This document shows positions 40,916 through 50,280 of a DNA stretch of 64,000 nt, in pieces. The stretch is taken from the NCBI GenBank assembly GCA_024672315.1, contig GCA_024672315.1_4714.1; one strand, written 5' to 3'. The translations under genes and the position numbers were made by a program. Source of the DNA: a phage. The first letter of the stretch is position 1. Each line of letters opens with the position of its first letter. A model generated the notes under the pieces. That model saw nothing but the letters and a program-made list of their open reading frames with translations, was not told where the DNA came from and made no database searches.

Positions 40916-43151
40916 TTAGCAATGGTTGTTAGTTGCTTCTATTTCGTCAAGATACGGTTCTACGTCATCGCCCTCCACGAATTCGTTGAACCAACAGTCA
41001 ATGGTAGAAATAACCGGTGACTGGTGTTCACATTTCTTAGATACCTTAAAAGGTACGTTATTATCCATCATACCGAGTTCGGGTCGAAAACGCCCGAAAT
41101 GTTTCGCAGTCCAAATGTCTGGGACGATATGGTTGTTCATAGCGTCTCCGTCGCTGTTTATCGACTATATCTTCATCCTCATTGCGAGGAGTCTCCCGTT
41201 TGGGTCTGTGTTTAACAGAGCCTACTCTACTCGACGTCGCGTCTTTCGATAGTCTGTGAGCACACATCTTAACAAACATTCGTGGATTCCTAAACAGGTG
41301 AATGTTCTTGTTGAGATGCTTCGCTGCGGATTATTCCCGTCCTACCTCTTTTACCGTACCCAGTTCATTACGCTGGCCCTCATCTATGTCACCACGATGA
41401 GTTGGTGTGTAGTCCGATTACAGAAACTTCCCGTCAATTAGAGAGTTTTAACTACGTTCCTGTTACCAGAAACCAGATCCCGACGGTATCAATAAATCAA
41501 CGTAAGTTATTGATTTAATTGAAAAAACTGAAATCTGCATTATCTAAATCTTCAGTATGGTTCGCTACGCCATACCCGCACATACGTGCAACTTACGTCT
41601 TTCACGTAAGAAGAGACTATATCTTTCACCCTCAGCATTATCTGGTCGGGGCTCCCATTTCGGCGGTCATCTGACCGGTGGTTTCCCACGCCGCTTGGCC
41701 CTAACGCCCGTAAGCGATAGTCGTTGAGCGCATCTCCGTTCTGGAGACTTCGCTGCGGATTCCCCAATCCTTGCCGCTTTTACCATACCCGAATGATTAG
41801 TTCAGCCCCACGCGCTGTTCCCAGGCGTGGTTGGTGGACAAGGCTCTAAGTAGGTTCCCGCATTAGAGAGTTCCTCGTAACAACATTTCTGCGTTACTGG
41901 GCCTAACGACCCTTTCAAGATCATCACGCTTAACCCGATGGTGTTATCCTGCGGATCGCGTTTAACCTTGGTGATTTCAAGACATTGGTTACTGCTTCGG
42001 TCAAGTGATGGGTTTCGAACAAAGCCACACACAATCCCATCGAACGGTGTATCAGCAATAAGCTCATCATGCAGCTCGCTCATCATCGGATGATAATTAC
42101 GGACATGTTCCGCAACGAACGCACGTGCTGCTCTTGGTGAATAACCACGATGGAATAACTTGGATTGGATATGTTCTTTATTGGTTAAAGTAAATGGTGC
42201 GTATGGGAAATGCAGATGATAATAACGATGGTTCGCTGTTATCGAACTGATTACGGTACGCGTGGTAAATGGATGTAATGTACCTAATATGTTTTTACGT
42301 GTGATACCTTTCTTCTTACCGATGAACTCATCGAAAATCGCCGCATGGTATTGCAGCAGCTTCAATTGCACTTTCGCCATCCAGTTTTCTTTCTTTCTGG
42401 CGCTCAAAGGTGTTGTTGGATGATAGATACTGTTCAACGTACCGATAGCATCGATCGCACCTTCCATTTTGCTATCCGCATAACGACCGGTTGGCGTATT
42501 CTCGATAACGAACATCATGGCCGCAGGAAAGCTGATATACTGACTGAAGAACTTATCACGATGAATACGGATGAATTCTCGTAGCGTGTCAACTTTCTCC
42601 GTGTTCTTCGGTCCACGTAACGTCGGTCCTTTATACAAGATCTCCATGATGCGATCGAAGTTCTGTATAAAACTATTTACGCCACGTCGTATCCCGAATA
42701 CATCGAATTGCTGCTCCAGATAGTTCTTGAGTTCGATGGGTCGTTTTACATTTGGACGGTAACTGGCATCAATGAGCCACGTCATCGTTTCAAAGCTTTT
42801 GATATTCAACTCGCTTGCCAGCACGAGATGGACCAACGGGTTAATGAACGCATCGATTCCTTCAGGAACGCGCGCCCACACCGTCGAACGAATCTCCTGT
42901 TCTGCTGGGTAGGTTACAACCGTTTTACAGTTTGGACACACCGTGCCGAGCAGCTCACCACGATTGTAGAAACCACAACCACATTGTGGCGTGATATCCA
43001 ACGTATCGCTGGAGTAAACACGGGTGATAAAACTGTTTAATTTCTTCTTCTCTTCGACGACTTTTGTATCGTAATCGTTCAACAAAATCGGCGTAAAAGG
43101 AAGTTCTGCGAGCTGTCTATCGAAACTCACGATATCGAGCATGATGGCCAT
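40916..43151 (-). CDS. multisubunit RNA polymerase beta-prime-like subunit, N-terminal fragment, interrupted by two putative group I introns
   Basis: Exon 1 (43151..41879) has zinc-ribbon CGCGFY...CPNC and RNPSLDR resembling NRAPTLHR; proposed micro-exon 41543..41531; exon 3 (41153..40916) encodes DGDAMNNHIVP...LGMMDNN resembling DFDGDQMAVHVP...LMMSTNN; spliced length 1524 nt, in frame. Confidence 0.65.
41154..41530 (-). ncRNA. putative group I intron B (377 nt, no ORF)
   Basis: Minus-strand Q-like AATCCGCAGC (41332..41323), R-like GCTCACAGACTATCG (41261..41247), S-like GAAGATATAGTC (41174..41163); AAATC (41516..41512) complementary to exon end GATTT; ends in G; 5' region homologous to intron A. 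Confidence 0.6.
41544..41878 (-). ncRNA. putative group I intron A (335 nt, no ORF)
   Basis: Minus-strand Q-like AATCCGCAGC (41761..41752), R-like GCTCAACGACTATCG (41729..41715), S-like AAAGATATAGTC (41626..41615), GAAA-loop hairpin (41610..41592); starts after an exon U, ends in G. Confidence 0.6.
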
Positions 43152-43193
43152 GGGGTATCTCCTACAAATGAAAAAGAACGTTAGGACGTATAA

Positions 43194-43217
43194 GGGAGGG
43201 AGGTTGCCCTCCCTCCC
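43194..43217 (-). terminator. GC hairpin between the 631-aa gene and the beta-prime N gene
   Basis: GGGAGGGAGG / CCTCCCTCCC perfect 10-bp stem with short loop. Confidence 0.5.
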
Positions 43218-43243
43218 GTCAGATTACATCGAACGTTCTTCCA

Positions 43244-45139
43244 TTAGAACAGGTTGAATGCCCCACCCATGTTGTTACCGCCAACATTCGGACGATCGCT
43301 ACGTGCGTAGATGTTGCCGGAGATGTTACCCAGACCACGAGCACGTGCTGCCATGTTACCACGAACAGCGGTACCTGCCAGGTGCTGGATGTTCTCAGGA
43401 CGGATGGTGAAGCCAGCATCAGCCGCAGCTTCGATCAGCGCCTGCAGTGCTAACGGATCGAAGTCGTAACGCATTGCCCAGCCGGTTTGTTCCCAGCTAC
43501 CAGACAGAACACGATCAATGATTTCGTGACGAGCGACAACACGCTGAGACATCGTCATATCGGTACGGTCGAAGCTGTCTTCCCAAGCTTCTACGGTATC
43601 CGGGTTAGTGATGTTCATCATGTACAGATCGTCCATATCACGAATATCGTGACGGTGACCATCCTGGTGGTTGTAGTAACCCAGCGGGATACGGTTACCG
43701 GTAGCGTAGACCAGCGGTTGGCCGTATTGATATTTCTTGCTGAAGCAACCCAGGGTAGTATCATCGAAGGCACGGTAGAGTGCTTTGTAACCTTCGGAGA
43801 TTTCTTGAACTTTACCGTCAACGTTGCCCGTAAAGATCTTCTCAGCCGCCGGGATCATACGCAGCAGCCAGCTATACTCGCCTTCTTCCGGTACGTCGAT
43901 AGAAATCAGCAGAGACGGATACAGAACCTGTTGCAGGAACTTGTAAATCTGCTCGTTGGTTTGCGTAGACAGATCCAGCGGTGCAGTCACTTCAGGATCC
44001 AGCACCATCGCCAGAGCACCTGGGTTATGCGGACCAATACCACGAGCCGCGTTGCTGATTAAAGACTGTGCCCATGCCATGCCGCTGTTCAGCGTAGCGA
44101 TGGTACCAATCAGACCCAGCACGAAGCTGTTCGGTGTGAACGCATCCAGCTCCAGCGGGTAAACGCTGGTCATCACGTAACGCGGCTGGTACTGTACAGT
44201 CGGCGGTACCGGATAGCCGTTAACCAGAACAGGGCCTTGGTTGAAGGTCGGGTTCTGCGGGCTGTAGGTCAGGTCAATGTAACCGGTGGTGGCGACCAGA
44301 CGCTGTTGACTATCGTAATCGCTCATCGCTTGACGGATGCGGTTAGAGATAGTTACAGTGATGTCAGAACGCACAGGGTTACCAACAATATCGCTGTCCT
44401 GCATACCGCTGGTGTTGTACTGAACGCTGCTGATTGGCTGATCGCTTGCCATCATGCCCAGGTTGAACTGCGGCAGACCCAGTTTATCACCGAGACGGAT
44501 TTCGATCGCGGTTTGGATTGCGTTATCTGCAGCAGACAGCAGGGTGGTTGCCAGATGCGCAGATTCAGCGGTGATTTCATTGGTCACCACAGCCAGACCA
44601 GCGATACGAACAGTACCGTTAGACTTACCGCCAATAGCTGAATACATTGCCGCCATGACTTCGTTGATGAACGTACCGTTCAGGTTATCAACCCAGGTAC
44701 GCGGTACCAGAATGTTACCATGCGGACCTTGTTCTTCACGACGCGGCAGCGGAGCCAGACCAGCAACCAGCGGCAGGACGTAACCGAAGAAGTGGTTATG
44801 ATCACCAACTTTTGCACCGCTCATAACAACCAGGGTCGGATACGGTACGCTGTACTGGTTCGGGTCAACCGCAACAAAGATGAAGTCGTCTTTGAACTGG
44901 GTATCTTCCAGATATTTCTCCATCAGACGACGGAGATTCAGTACCTGCTCGGAGCCGGTATTACGGCTGATACGACGGCTCAGTGTACGGTTGATCGTAC
45001 GCATCGTATGAGTTACTTTAGGACGGTCGGCAAAATCTGCAGCGGTTTCCAGCGCCTCATCAGCACGTTGTGCGGTGCGGGTTTCAGCTGCACGAATTTC
45101 TACATTATCGTTACCGTTATTACGTACGTCTAAGCCCAT
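43244..45139 (-). CDS. hypothetical protein (candidate nuclear-shell/chimallin-like protein, speculative)
   Basis: 631 aa; AAGAGGAA Shine-Dalgarno; directly downstream of promoter-like motif copy 3; chimallin assignment rests only on size, likely early expression and genomic context. Confidence 0.5.
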   Translation of the reverse strand: MGLDVRNNGNDNVEIRAAETRTAQRADEALETAADFADRPKVTHTMRTINRTLSRRISRNTGSEQVLNLRRLMEKYLEDTQFKDDFIFVAVDPNQYSVPYPTLVVMSGAKVGDHNHFFGYVLPLVAGLAPLPRREEQGPHGNILVPRTWVDNLNGTFINEVMAAMYSAIGGKSNGTVRIAGLAVVTNEITAESAHLATTLLSAADNAIQTAIEIRLGDKLGLPQFNLGMMASDQPISSVQYNTSGMQDSDIVGNPVRSDITVTISNRIRQAMSDYDSQQRLVATTGYIDLTYSPQNPTFNQGPVLVNGYPVPPTVQYQPRYVMTSVYPLELDAFTPNSFVLGLIGTIATLNSGMAWAQSLISNAARGIGPHNPGALAMVLDPEVTAPLDLSTQTNEQIYKFLQQVLYPSLLISIDVPEEGEYSWLLRMIPAAEKIFTGNVDGKVQEISEGYKALYRAFDDTTLGCFSKKYQYGQPLVYATGNRIPLGYYNHQDGHRHDIRDMDDLYMMNITNPDTVEAWEDSFDRTDMTMSQRVVARHEIIDRVLSGSWEQTGWAMRYDFDPLALQALIEAAADAGFTIRPENIQHLAGTAVRGNMAARARGLGNISGNIYARSDRPNVGGNNMGGAFNLF

Positions 45140-45203
45140 TTGGGATTCCTCTTTTCTTAAACTTTATTAAATGACGTCATTGAATCAGCTTCTACTCGCT
45201 CAT

Positions 45204-45228
45204 TCACCTAGGTAATATAACCCTGAAA
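45204..45228 (-). promoter_or_regulatory. conserved 25-nt promoter-like motif, copy 3
   Basis: Plus strand TCACCTAGGTAATATAACCCTGAAA; about 75 nt upstream of minus-strand start 45139. Confidence 0.5.
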
Positions 45229-45393
45229 TTTTTTTCAATATTGGTGTAACCGCATTGAACGATATAAACCCCTAGGCGAACGCTGCCGAGAAGCAACATT
45301 CTTTCTACATATAATCAGGATATGTCTGTAAACTTTTACTTCTCTTATTGAGAGTAATGTCATATCCGTTTACCATCTTCTTACGGAGTTCGT

Positions 45394-46488
45394 ATGTTTC
45401 GTGTTTTAAATAACCTCCCGCGAACATCATCGGGTGTGCAACCCGTCCCTCAGAAAGACTATCTAATACGCGAAGTTCAAAGAAACCTACAGACAATCCA
45501 GAACCACTATCAAGGTTTTACCTTCGCGGTTCAGAGCGATCACATCCTTGCGTTGCTGCTCGCACAGCTCCCTATGAGATACGACATCTCAGTACAAACT
45601 TACTACGACATGATTCTCGATCTTACCCCAGAATTGGGTAATCGTGTCAAGTTGACAACATCAAGATACGCGGGTAAGTTATTCGACGGTGCTTTCTATC
45701 CGGGATTGCACGAAGCTATTATTGCAACCGGTGAAAGTCGTCTTATTTCACGTGACGTTCTTGATAACTGGCGTAATTGGTCACCAGTTAGAATCGTGAC
45801 GCATCCATACGCAAATCTTCGTTACATTCCTCTTCACCGAAAGCAGATTGAAGAAGGACGAGGTTTTGCGGTTATTATGGTTGATGTGCCTTTATTAGCG
45901 CTACAGTATCGAATGTGGTCTTTGGTCATGGGTCATAACGACGACGGTAAATGGGTGGTTAAAGAACCGGTTACAAGCTTCCTTGCGAGTTTTCCGTTGG
46001 TTAACGCATTATACTCACACAACGATGTTGTTATACGCAATCGTTGTTTATGGATATCTCCGGCTAAGAATCCACTCAAATCACCAATTTACGTTAACGA
46101 CCTTGATAACGTATTCAGCCAAGTCGTTCTGTCCGTACAGCATCATTTATTACGAAGAAGACGAAGCTACACCGACATGCTTAAACAGATACCGAGTTTA
46201 TACGGAGATCAGTACCAAGCAACCCGAATGGGCTACACCGTCGATCTTCGACAAACACGATGGGCAAGGGATCTGGGTTGTCTGTCATTATGGCAACAAC
46301 TCGTCACATTGCAAAACGTATCTGAAAGCGTCGGGTTCAGCAGTCAAATCGATAATGACCTGTATCGTGCTGCCGACCGAAGTCTAAAAGAAGGTAACTG
46401 GGAGTCCTCTCCGTTACCTGGCGATTTAAGACGTGAAGTTATTGCACAGGTTGCCGACCTCTTAAAAATTCTTCCTGCTGGTGCATAA
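45394..46488 (+). CDS. hypothetical protein
   Basis: 364-aa plus-strand ORF with ACGGAG Shine-Dalgarno. Confidence 0.5.
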   Translation: MFRVLNNLPRTSSGVQPVPQKDYLIREVQRNLQTIQNHYQGFTFAVQSDHILALLLAQLPMRYDISVQTYYDMILDLTPELGNRVKLTTSRYAGKLFDGAFYPGLHEAIIATGESRLISRDVLDNWRNWSPVRIVTHPYANLRYIPLHRKQIEEGRGFAVIMVDVPLLALQYRMWSLVMGHNDDGKWVVKEPVTSFLASFPLVNALYSHNDVVIRNRCLWISPAKNPLKSPIYVNDLDNVFSQVVLSVQHHLLRRRRSYTDMLKQIPSLYGDQYQATRMGYTVDLRQTRWARDLGCLSLWQQLVTLQNVSESVGFSSQIDNDLYRAADRSLKEGNWESSPLPGDLRREVIAQVADLLKILPAGA

Positions 46489-46554
46489 TCACCTCCCTCT
46501 TCCCTTGCATCCTCCCAACCCGTAAGGGAAGGGAGGATGGGGTGGTGGATTATG

Positions 46555-48708
46555 TTACTCTGTGGTTTCTCGCTTCGGTAAATAACTTGCTGCAATGTCT
46601 TGGGCTAACAATGTATTGTTTTTATTCGAGATGAAAATACCGTAACTTTCCATTAACGCGTAATACGAACGCACGAGCGTAGAGATCAATCGACGAATAT
46701 CCATACCTTGAATAAAGATATCGGGAAGCCCGGAGGCTTCGATCACCGGTAATGGTATCGTTAAGTTGCTTATCGTTTTCTTATCGTTACGTACAATCCA
46801 ATCACGGAAACGTTGTTGTAACCCTTTATCCTCCCAGGAATCAATCCAATCGTTAAGAAGCGTTTTGTTCTTCGTCGCCAACGGCACACGAACCCCAACA
46901 TAGGGTGGTTCCTGGCAATGGCCGTACGATTGAGCAAACACCTCTTCCCACATATCGTAAGACTGTTTCGTTACTGCAACATGCGGTTTCACTTTAACAC
47001 GTGTTAAGAAATCAGGATCACCACGTTTCATGGACTCAACGATTTCGTTTTCTAACGAGATAATATCGTCAAGAACCAATCGAATGCTGATCTTCTCATT
47101 ACGTAACAGCTTATCCATGATACCGCACATCATGCGTTCAACACGTTTGACGATCATTTTTGGTGCTGACGCATCGCGCATAACCGGACCTTTCAATTCC
47201 AGCTTCGGTGGATTGATAGGAACCCCTTCACGCATGGTCATGTAACCGTAATAGTTTTTACCCATCGAGGTTAACGACAGAATCAAGAACATATATTCGT
47301 TCTTCATTTCCATCACGTACATATGCTCTTTCGCCACACCGATATTACCAGAACACATCGCCATCAGATGGACTGTAATCTGCGTAACCAGATAGATAAG
47401 CGTGTTTGCTAAGCGCGTCGAAACTGGATTGATCTCCATATTTCCAAATCGCCACTGAACCCACTCCTGGCAGGTAAACACTGTCGAGTCGGTATCAGAC
47501 AACACACCCACTTCACGGATTGCTGATGGGAAAGCATAAACGCCAGCCGGTTGATTCTCGGTACGCCAGAACGCCATAATCAAATCAGCGTAGCTTTGGA
47601 TACGCTGTAGCATTAATTTTGTCGTTGCTGCGGTAAGACGATAACCAAGTTCATTTCCTTTTTCTAGCGCTACGTAAATCGCCTCCCCATTCAAGAACTC
47701 CGTGCATTGTGCTGTAATCCAAGCAACCGTGTTGTTATCCATGGAAGCAATAATGGCTTTAGCCTCTTCCATCGTTTCAACAGGTTCGGATGCCAGTTCA
47801 CATAACGAGTCAAGAAAATCTCGAACAAATTCAGGATTAAGCTCACGTAACGAGTACAGGTTATTGCTGTACATGTAGCAGGCGCGTTCTAATGGCGTTA
47901 AACCGGTAATTAGCTCCCGGATGGTCAGCTCTTTCTCTGGGTCGAAAGTATATCGATGCAAGCATTTCGATACGTTAGCCCAAACCTCTTCCGGCGTAGG
48001 GTAATGCAGTTTGTATTTTACCATTACCTGCTCAATGGCTTTACGATCGCTATTACGAACAATGCTCACGATGTTTTCAATTGCGATATCACAATCGTAA
48101 TAATGGAAATTGCCCGCAAGGAAGCGTTCGTTGTTCGCATTGGCTGAACCTGAAGCACAGCGACATGTTGTCGTTAAGCTTGGATGCGCAATCGGATTAT
48201 AAAAAGGGTTGAACTTGGACGCCTGGGTTCCTGACAAACTGTTGTTATCTAACTTGGTGTTGGTTTGTCGCTTATCGTGTAACTCAGCTTCATCTTTACG
48301 TCCGTGTGCTTGTGCTATCGACATTTGTTTCTTTTGTTTCTTACGCAACTTACCGTTTTCAACCGCAAAGTCGCTTAGCACACTGGAGCGTGTCTCACGT
48401 GGATAACAGTTAGCCCACACCGGCGTGATAATTAAATTATTTTCTTTAATATCGTTGAAGTATTGGCTGAACTTGATGACTTCTTTTTCACGATTTCCTT
48501 CGGTACGCTGTGTTAATACCAGGCAGTCGGGATCAACCATCCCGTATTTTCCACCAGGACGAACCGTTTCAAGAACAAACTGCAACGCTTCCTGCTGAGA
48601 TATCCCACGCATGCGCATTAAGAATAGGGTATAATCCTGTACCGCTTCTTTGGTCATATCCAACGTACGACCATATCCGTTTTCATCGTAAAAGAACGGA
48701 TTTTCCAT
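46555..48708 (-). CDS. hypothetical large protein
   Basis: 717 aa; GGAGGA Shine-Dalgarno; contains SDTDS, but motif order does not fit a canonical family-B polymerase. Confidence 0.5.
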   Translation of the reverse strand: MENPFFYDENGYGRTLDMTKEAVQDYTLFLMRMRGISQQEALQFVLETVRPGGKYGMVDPDCLVLTQRTEGNREKEVIKFSQYFNDIKENNLIITPVWANCYPRETRSSVLSDFAVENGKLRKKQKKQMSIAQAHGRKDEAELHDKRQTNTKLDNNSLSGTQASKFNPFYNPIAHPSLTTTCRCASGSANANNERFLAGNFHYYDCDIAIENIVSIVRNSDRKAIEQVMVKYKLHYPTPEEVWANVSKCLHRYTFDPEKELTIRELITGLTPLERACYMYSNNLYSLRELNPEFVRDFLDSLCELASEPVETMEEAKAIIASMDNNTVAWITAQCTEFLNGEAIYVALEKGNELGYRLTAATTKLMLQRIQSYADLIMAFWRTENQPAGVYAFPSAIREVGVLSDTDSTVFTCQEWVQWRFGNMEINPVSTRLANTLIYLVTQITVHLMAMCSGNIGVAKEHMYVMEMKNEYMFLILSLTSMGKNYYGYMTMREGVPINPPKLELKGPVMRDASAPKMIVKRVERMMCGIMDKLLRNEKISIRLVLDDIISLENEIVESMKRGDPDFLTRVKVKPHVAVTKQSYDMWEEVFAQSYGHCQEPPYVGVRVPLATKNKTLLNDWIDSWEDKGLQQRFRDWIVRNDKKTISNLTIPLPVIEASGLPDIFIQGMDIRRLISTLVRSYYALMESYGIFISNKNNTLLAQDIAASYLPKRETTE

Positions 48709-48783
48709 AAATCCTCCAAAAGTTATTTAGTCTGTCTACATCATCTCGTATATCTGTTAAAAAAGAAGGACGGCATAAAAAAG

Positions 48784-48812
48784 AACCGATCCAGCCGAAG
48801 CCAGATCGGTTA
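48784..48812 (-). terminator. hairpin followed on the minus strand by TTTATGCCG
   Basis: AACCGATC...GATCGGTT stem; minus-strand TTTATGCCG at 48771..48779, then GGAGGA and the start of the 717-aa gene. Confidence 0.45.
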
Positions 48813-49007
48813 AAAAGGATAATAACTGACAGAAAGATATCGATGATGTTCGTGAAACAAGATCTTCTCTCGTGCACAATGATGCTAGATCAGAGGGAGG
48901 TTGTAACACGAGAGGCGATTCGCCAAAGAAGGAATAAAAAACACGAATCTATCTTATTTCACTGATGGCACTAACCACTCAAAATATATAGTACTGTATG
49001 TAAAAGT

Positions 49008-49421
49008 TTACTGATTAATCAAGTCGTTAGCAACAATCTTAGTGTAACCTGCCTGATTAAGAATCTGATTAATTTTCGTCACGTCGGTCGCATCCTCAAT
49101 AACGATGCTGGGTTTATAGATCAGCGTCTTGGTAACGACGATTGTACTCTCCTTAATCCAAGGAATCCCTAGAATCACATACTCGCCATCGGCTGTAATG
49201 ACCTCGACGTAATTGTATCTCGTCGGATCGTTCGGTACACTAGACGGGAGCCGGGAATAAATCTGTTGGTGAATGGCGTCTACATCACGGCCGTTGCGCA
49301 CAGCCGTACGATAATTGTACACGGCGCTAATTTCTACTCCGTTGAAGTTAACCCCAAGTTCTGGGGCGTATACATCAAAACTCACAACAGAGCCAATCTT
49401 TTCTAAATCAGAAGCTGGCAT
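49008..49421 (-). CDS. hypothetical protein
   Basis: 137-aa ORF. Confidence 0.4.
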   Translation of the reverse strand: MPASDLEKIGSVVSFDVYAPELGVNFNGVEISAVYNYRTAVRNGRDVDAIHQQIYSRLPSSVPNDPTRYNYVEVITADGEYVILGIPWIKESTIVVTKTLIYKPSIVIEDATDVTKINQILNQAGYTKIVANDLINQ

Positions 49422-49432
49422 AATAGCATCCT

Positions 49433-49954
49433 TTATTTAAAAATGTATTCGTATCCGAAGGTCGTCGCCGACCAGACCCGGATAGATGATAGTGTTCCGC
49501 CACGATAAAACGTTTTTGTGAATTCCATATCCTGGGCAACACGATAATAAACACGTCCGATAATACGCACGATAAGGTTTCGTGATAACGATCTCTCCTC
49601 GCAGTACTCATCGATAAAGTCATCGTCGATATCCGATAAGACAACATCTGCAATTTCTTGCAGTAGATTCCTCATCAGCATCTGCCTTCCTTCGGTACCC
49701 CACCCAGACAAACAGTAATCGTCTTCTGCCTGACTATAGATGTCGTTAACCGCCTGTTCGAGCAGTTGCTCAAGATAGTAGTCATCGCGTTTTATAACGT
49801 GGCGACGGCGCTCAGTGGCGTATTTTTCCATCCTGTGTTTCTCTTGTTCGGCGTATGTATTAACGACGCCACAGTCTTTTCTGGATCGTCCCACAATGCA
49901 CGACGAAAACTGGATACTACCATAACGGTAGGATAGATTTGTACAACCTCCCAT
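49433..49954 (-). CDS. hypothetical protein
   Basis: 173-aa ORF; start uncertain because it overlaps the next ORF. Confidence 0.35.
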   Translation of the reverse strand: MGGCTNLSYRYGSIQFSSCIVGRSRKDCGVVNTYAEQEKHRMEKYATERRRHVIKRDDYYLEQLLEQAVNDIYSQAEDDYCLSGWGTEGRQMLMRNLLQEIADVVLSDIDDDFIDEYCEERSLSRNLIVRIIGRVYYRVAQDMEFTKTFYRGGTLSSIRVWSATTFGYEYIFK

Positions 49955-50280
49955 CCGTAACGATGTGCGTTAGTCGTACGTCCGACATTGAACAGACATA
50001 GCTGATTTAAGAAACAGAGCTGCATCTTCGTAAACAACACCATGTCTTCACGTTTAACGTATCCGAGGATATACGCATTCTCGAACGCCTCGCGTGACAA
50101 GACGGGACGATTAAGATACCGCAACGCCAGTACCAACAACGTTGTTATGCGCAACGGATCTTCTGGGTCATTCATGGTGCTCAGCTCTGCTTGTAACCAG
50201 TCAGGGATAGTAACCGTCAGACGATAGGTATCTGTTCCACGATCAACCACATTCAATGTTGAAAAAGGCAACATATCCAT
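49792..50280 (-). CDS. hypothetical protein
   Basis: 162-aa ORF. Confidence 0.35.
   Translation of the reverse strand: MDMLPFSTLNVVDRGTDTYRLTVTIPDWLQAELSTMNDPEDPLRITTLLVLALRYLNRPVLSREAFENAYILGYVKREDMVLFTKMQLCFLNQLCLFNVGRTTNAHRYGWEVVQIYPTVMVVSSFRRALWDDPEKTVASLIHTPNKRNTGWKNTPLSAVATL

Noticed and set aside
41061-41767. Track ORFs 41552..41767 (71 aa) and 41061..41279 (72 aa) between the two beta-prime exons
   Set aside because: They fall inside the proposed group I introns, have no Shine-Dalgarno support and low-complexity translations; they are more likely chance ORFs in structured RNA.
43487-44641. Plus-strand ORFs (191, 134, 109 aa) antisense to the 631-aa gene
   Set aside because: They are nested antisense ORFs in a gene with strong expression signals on the other strand and have low-complexity translations.
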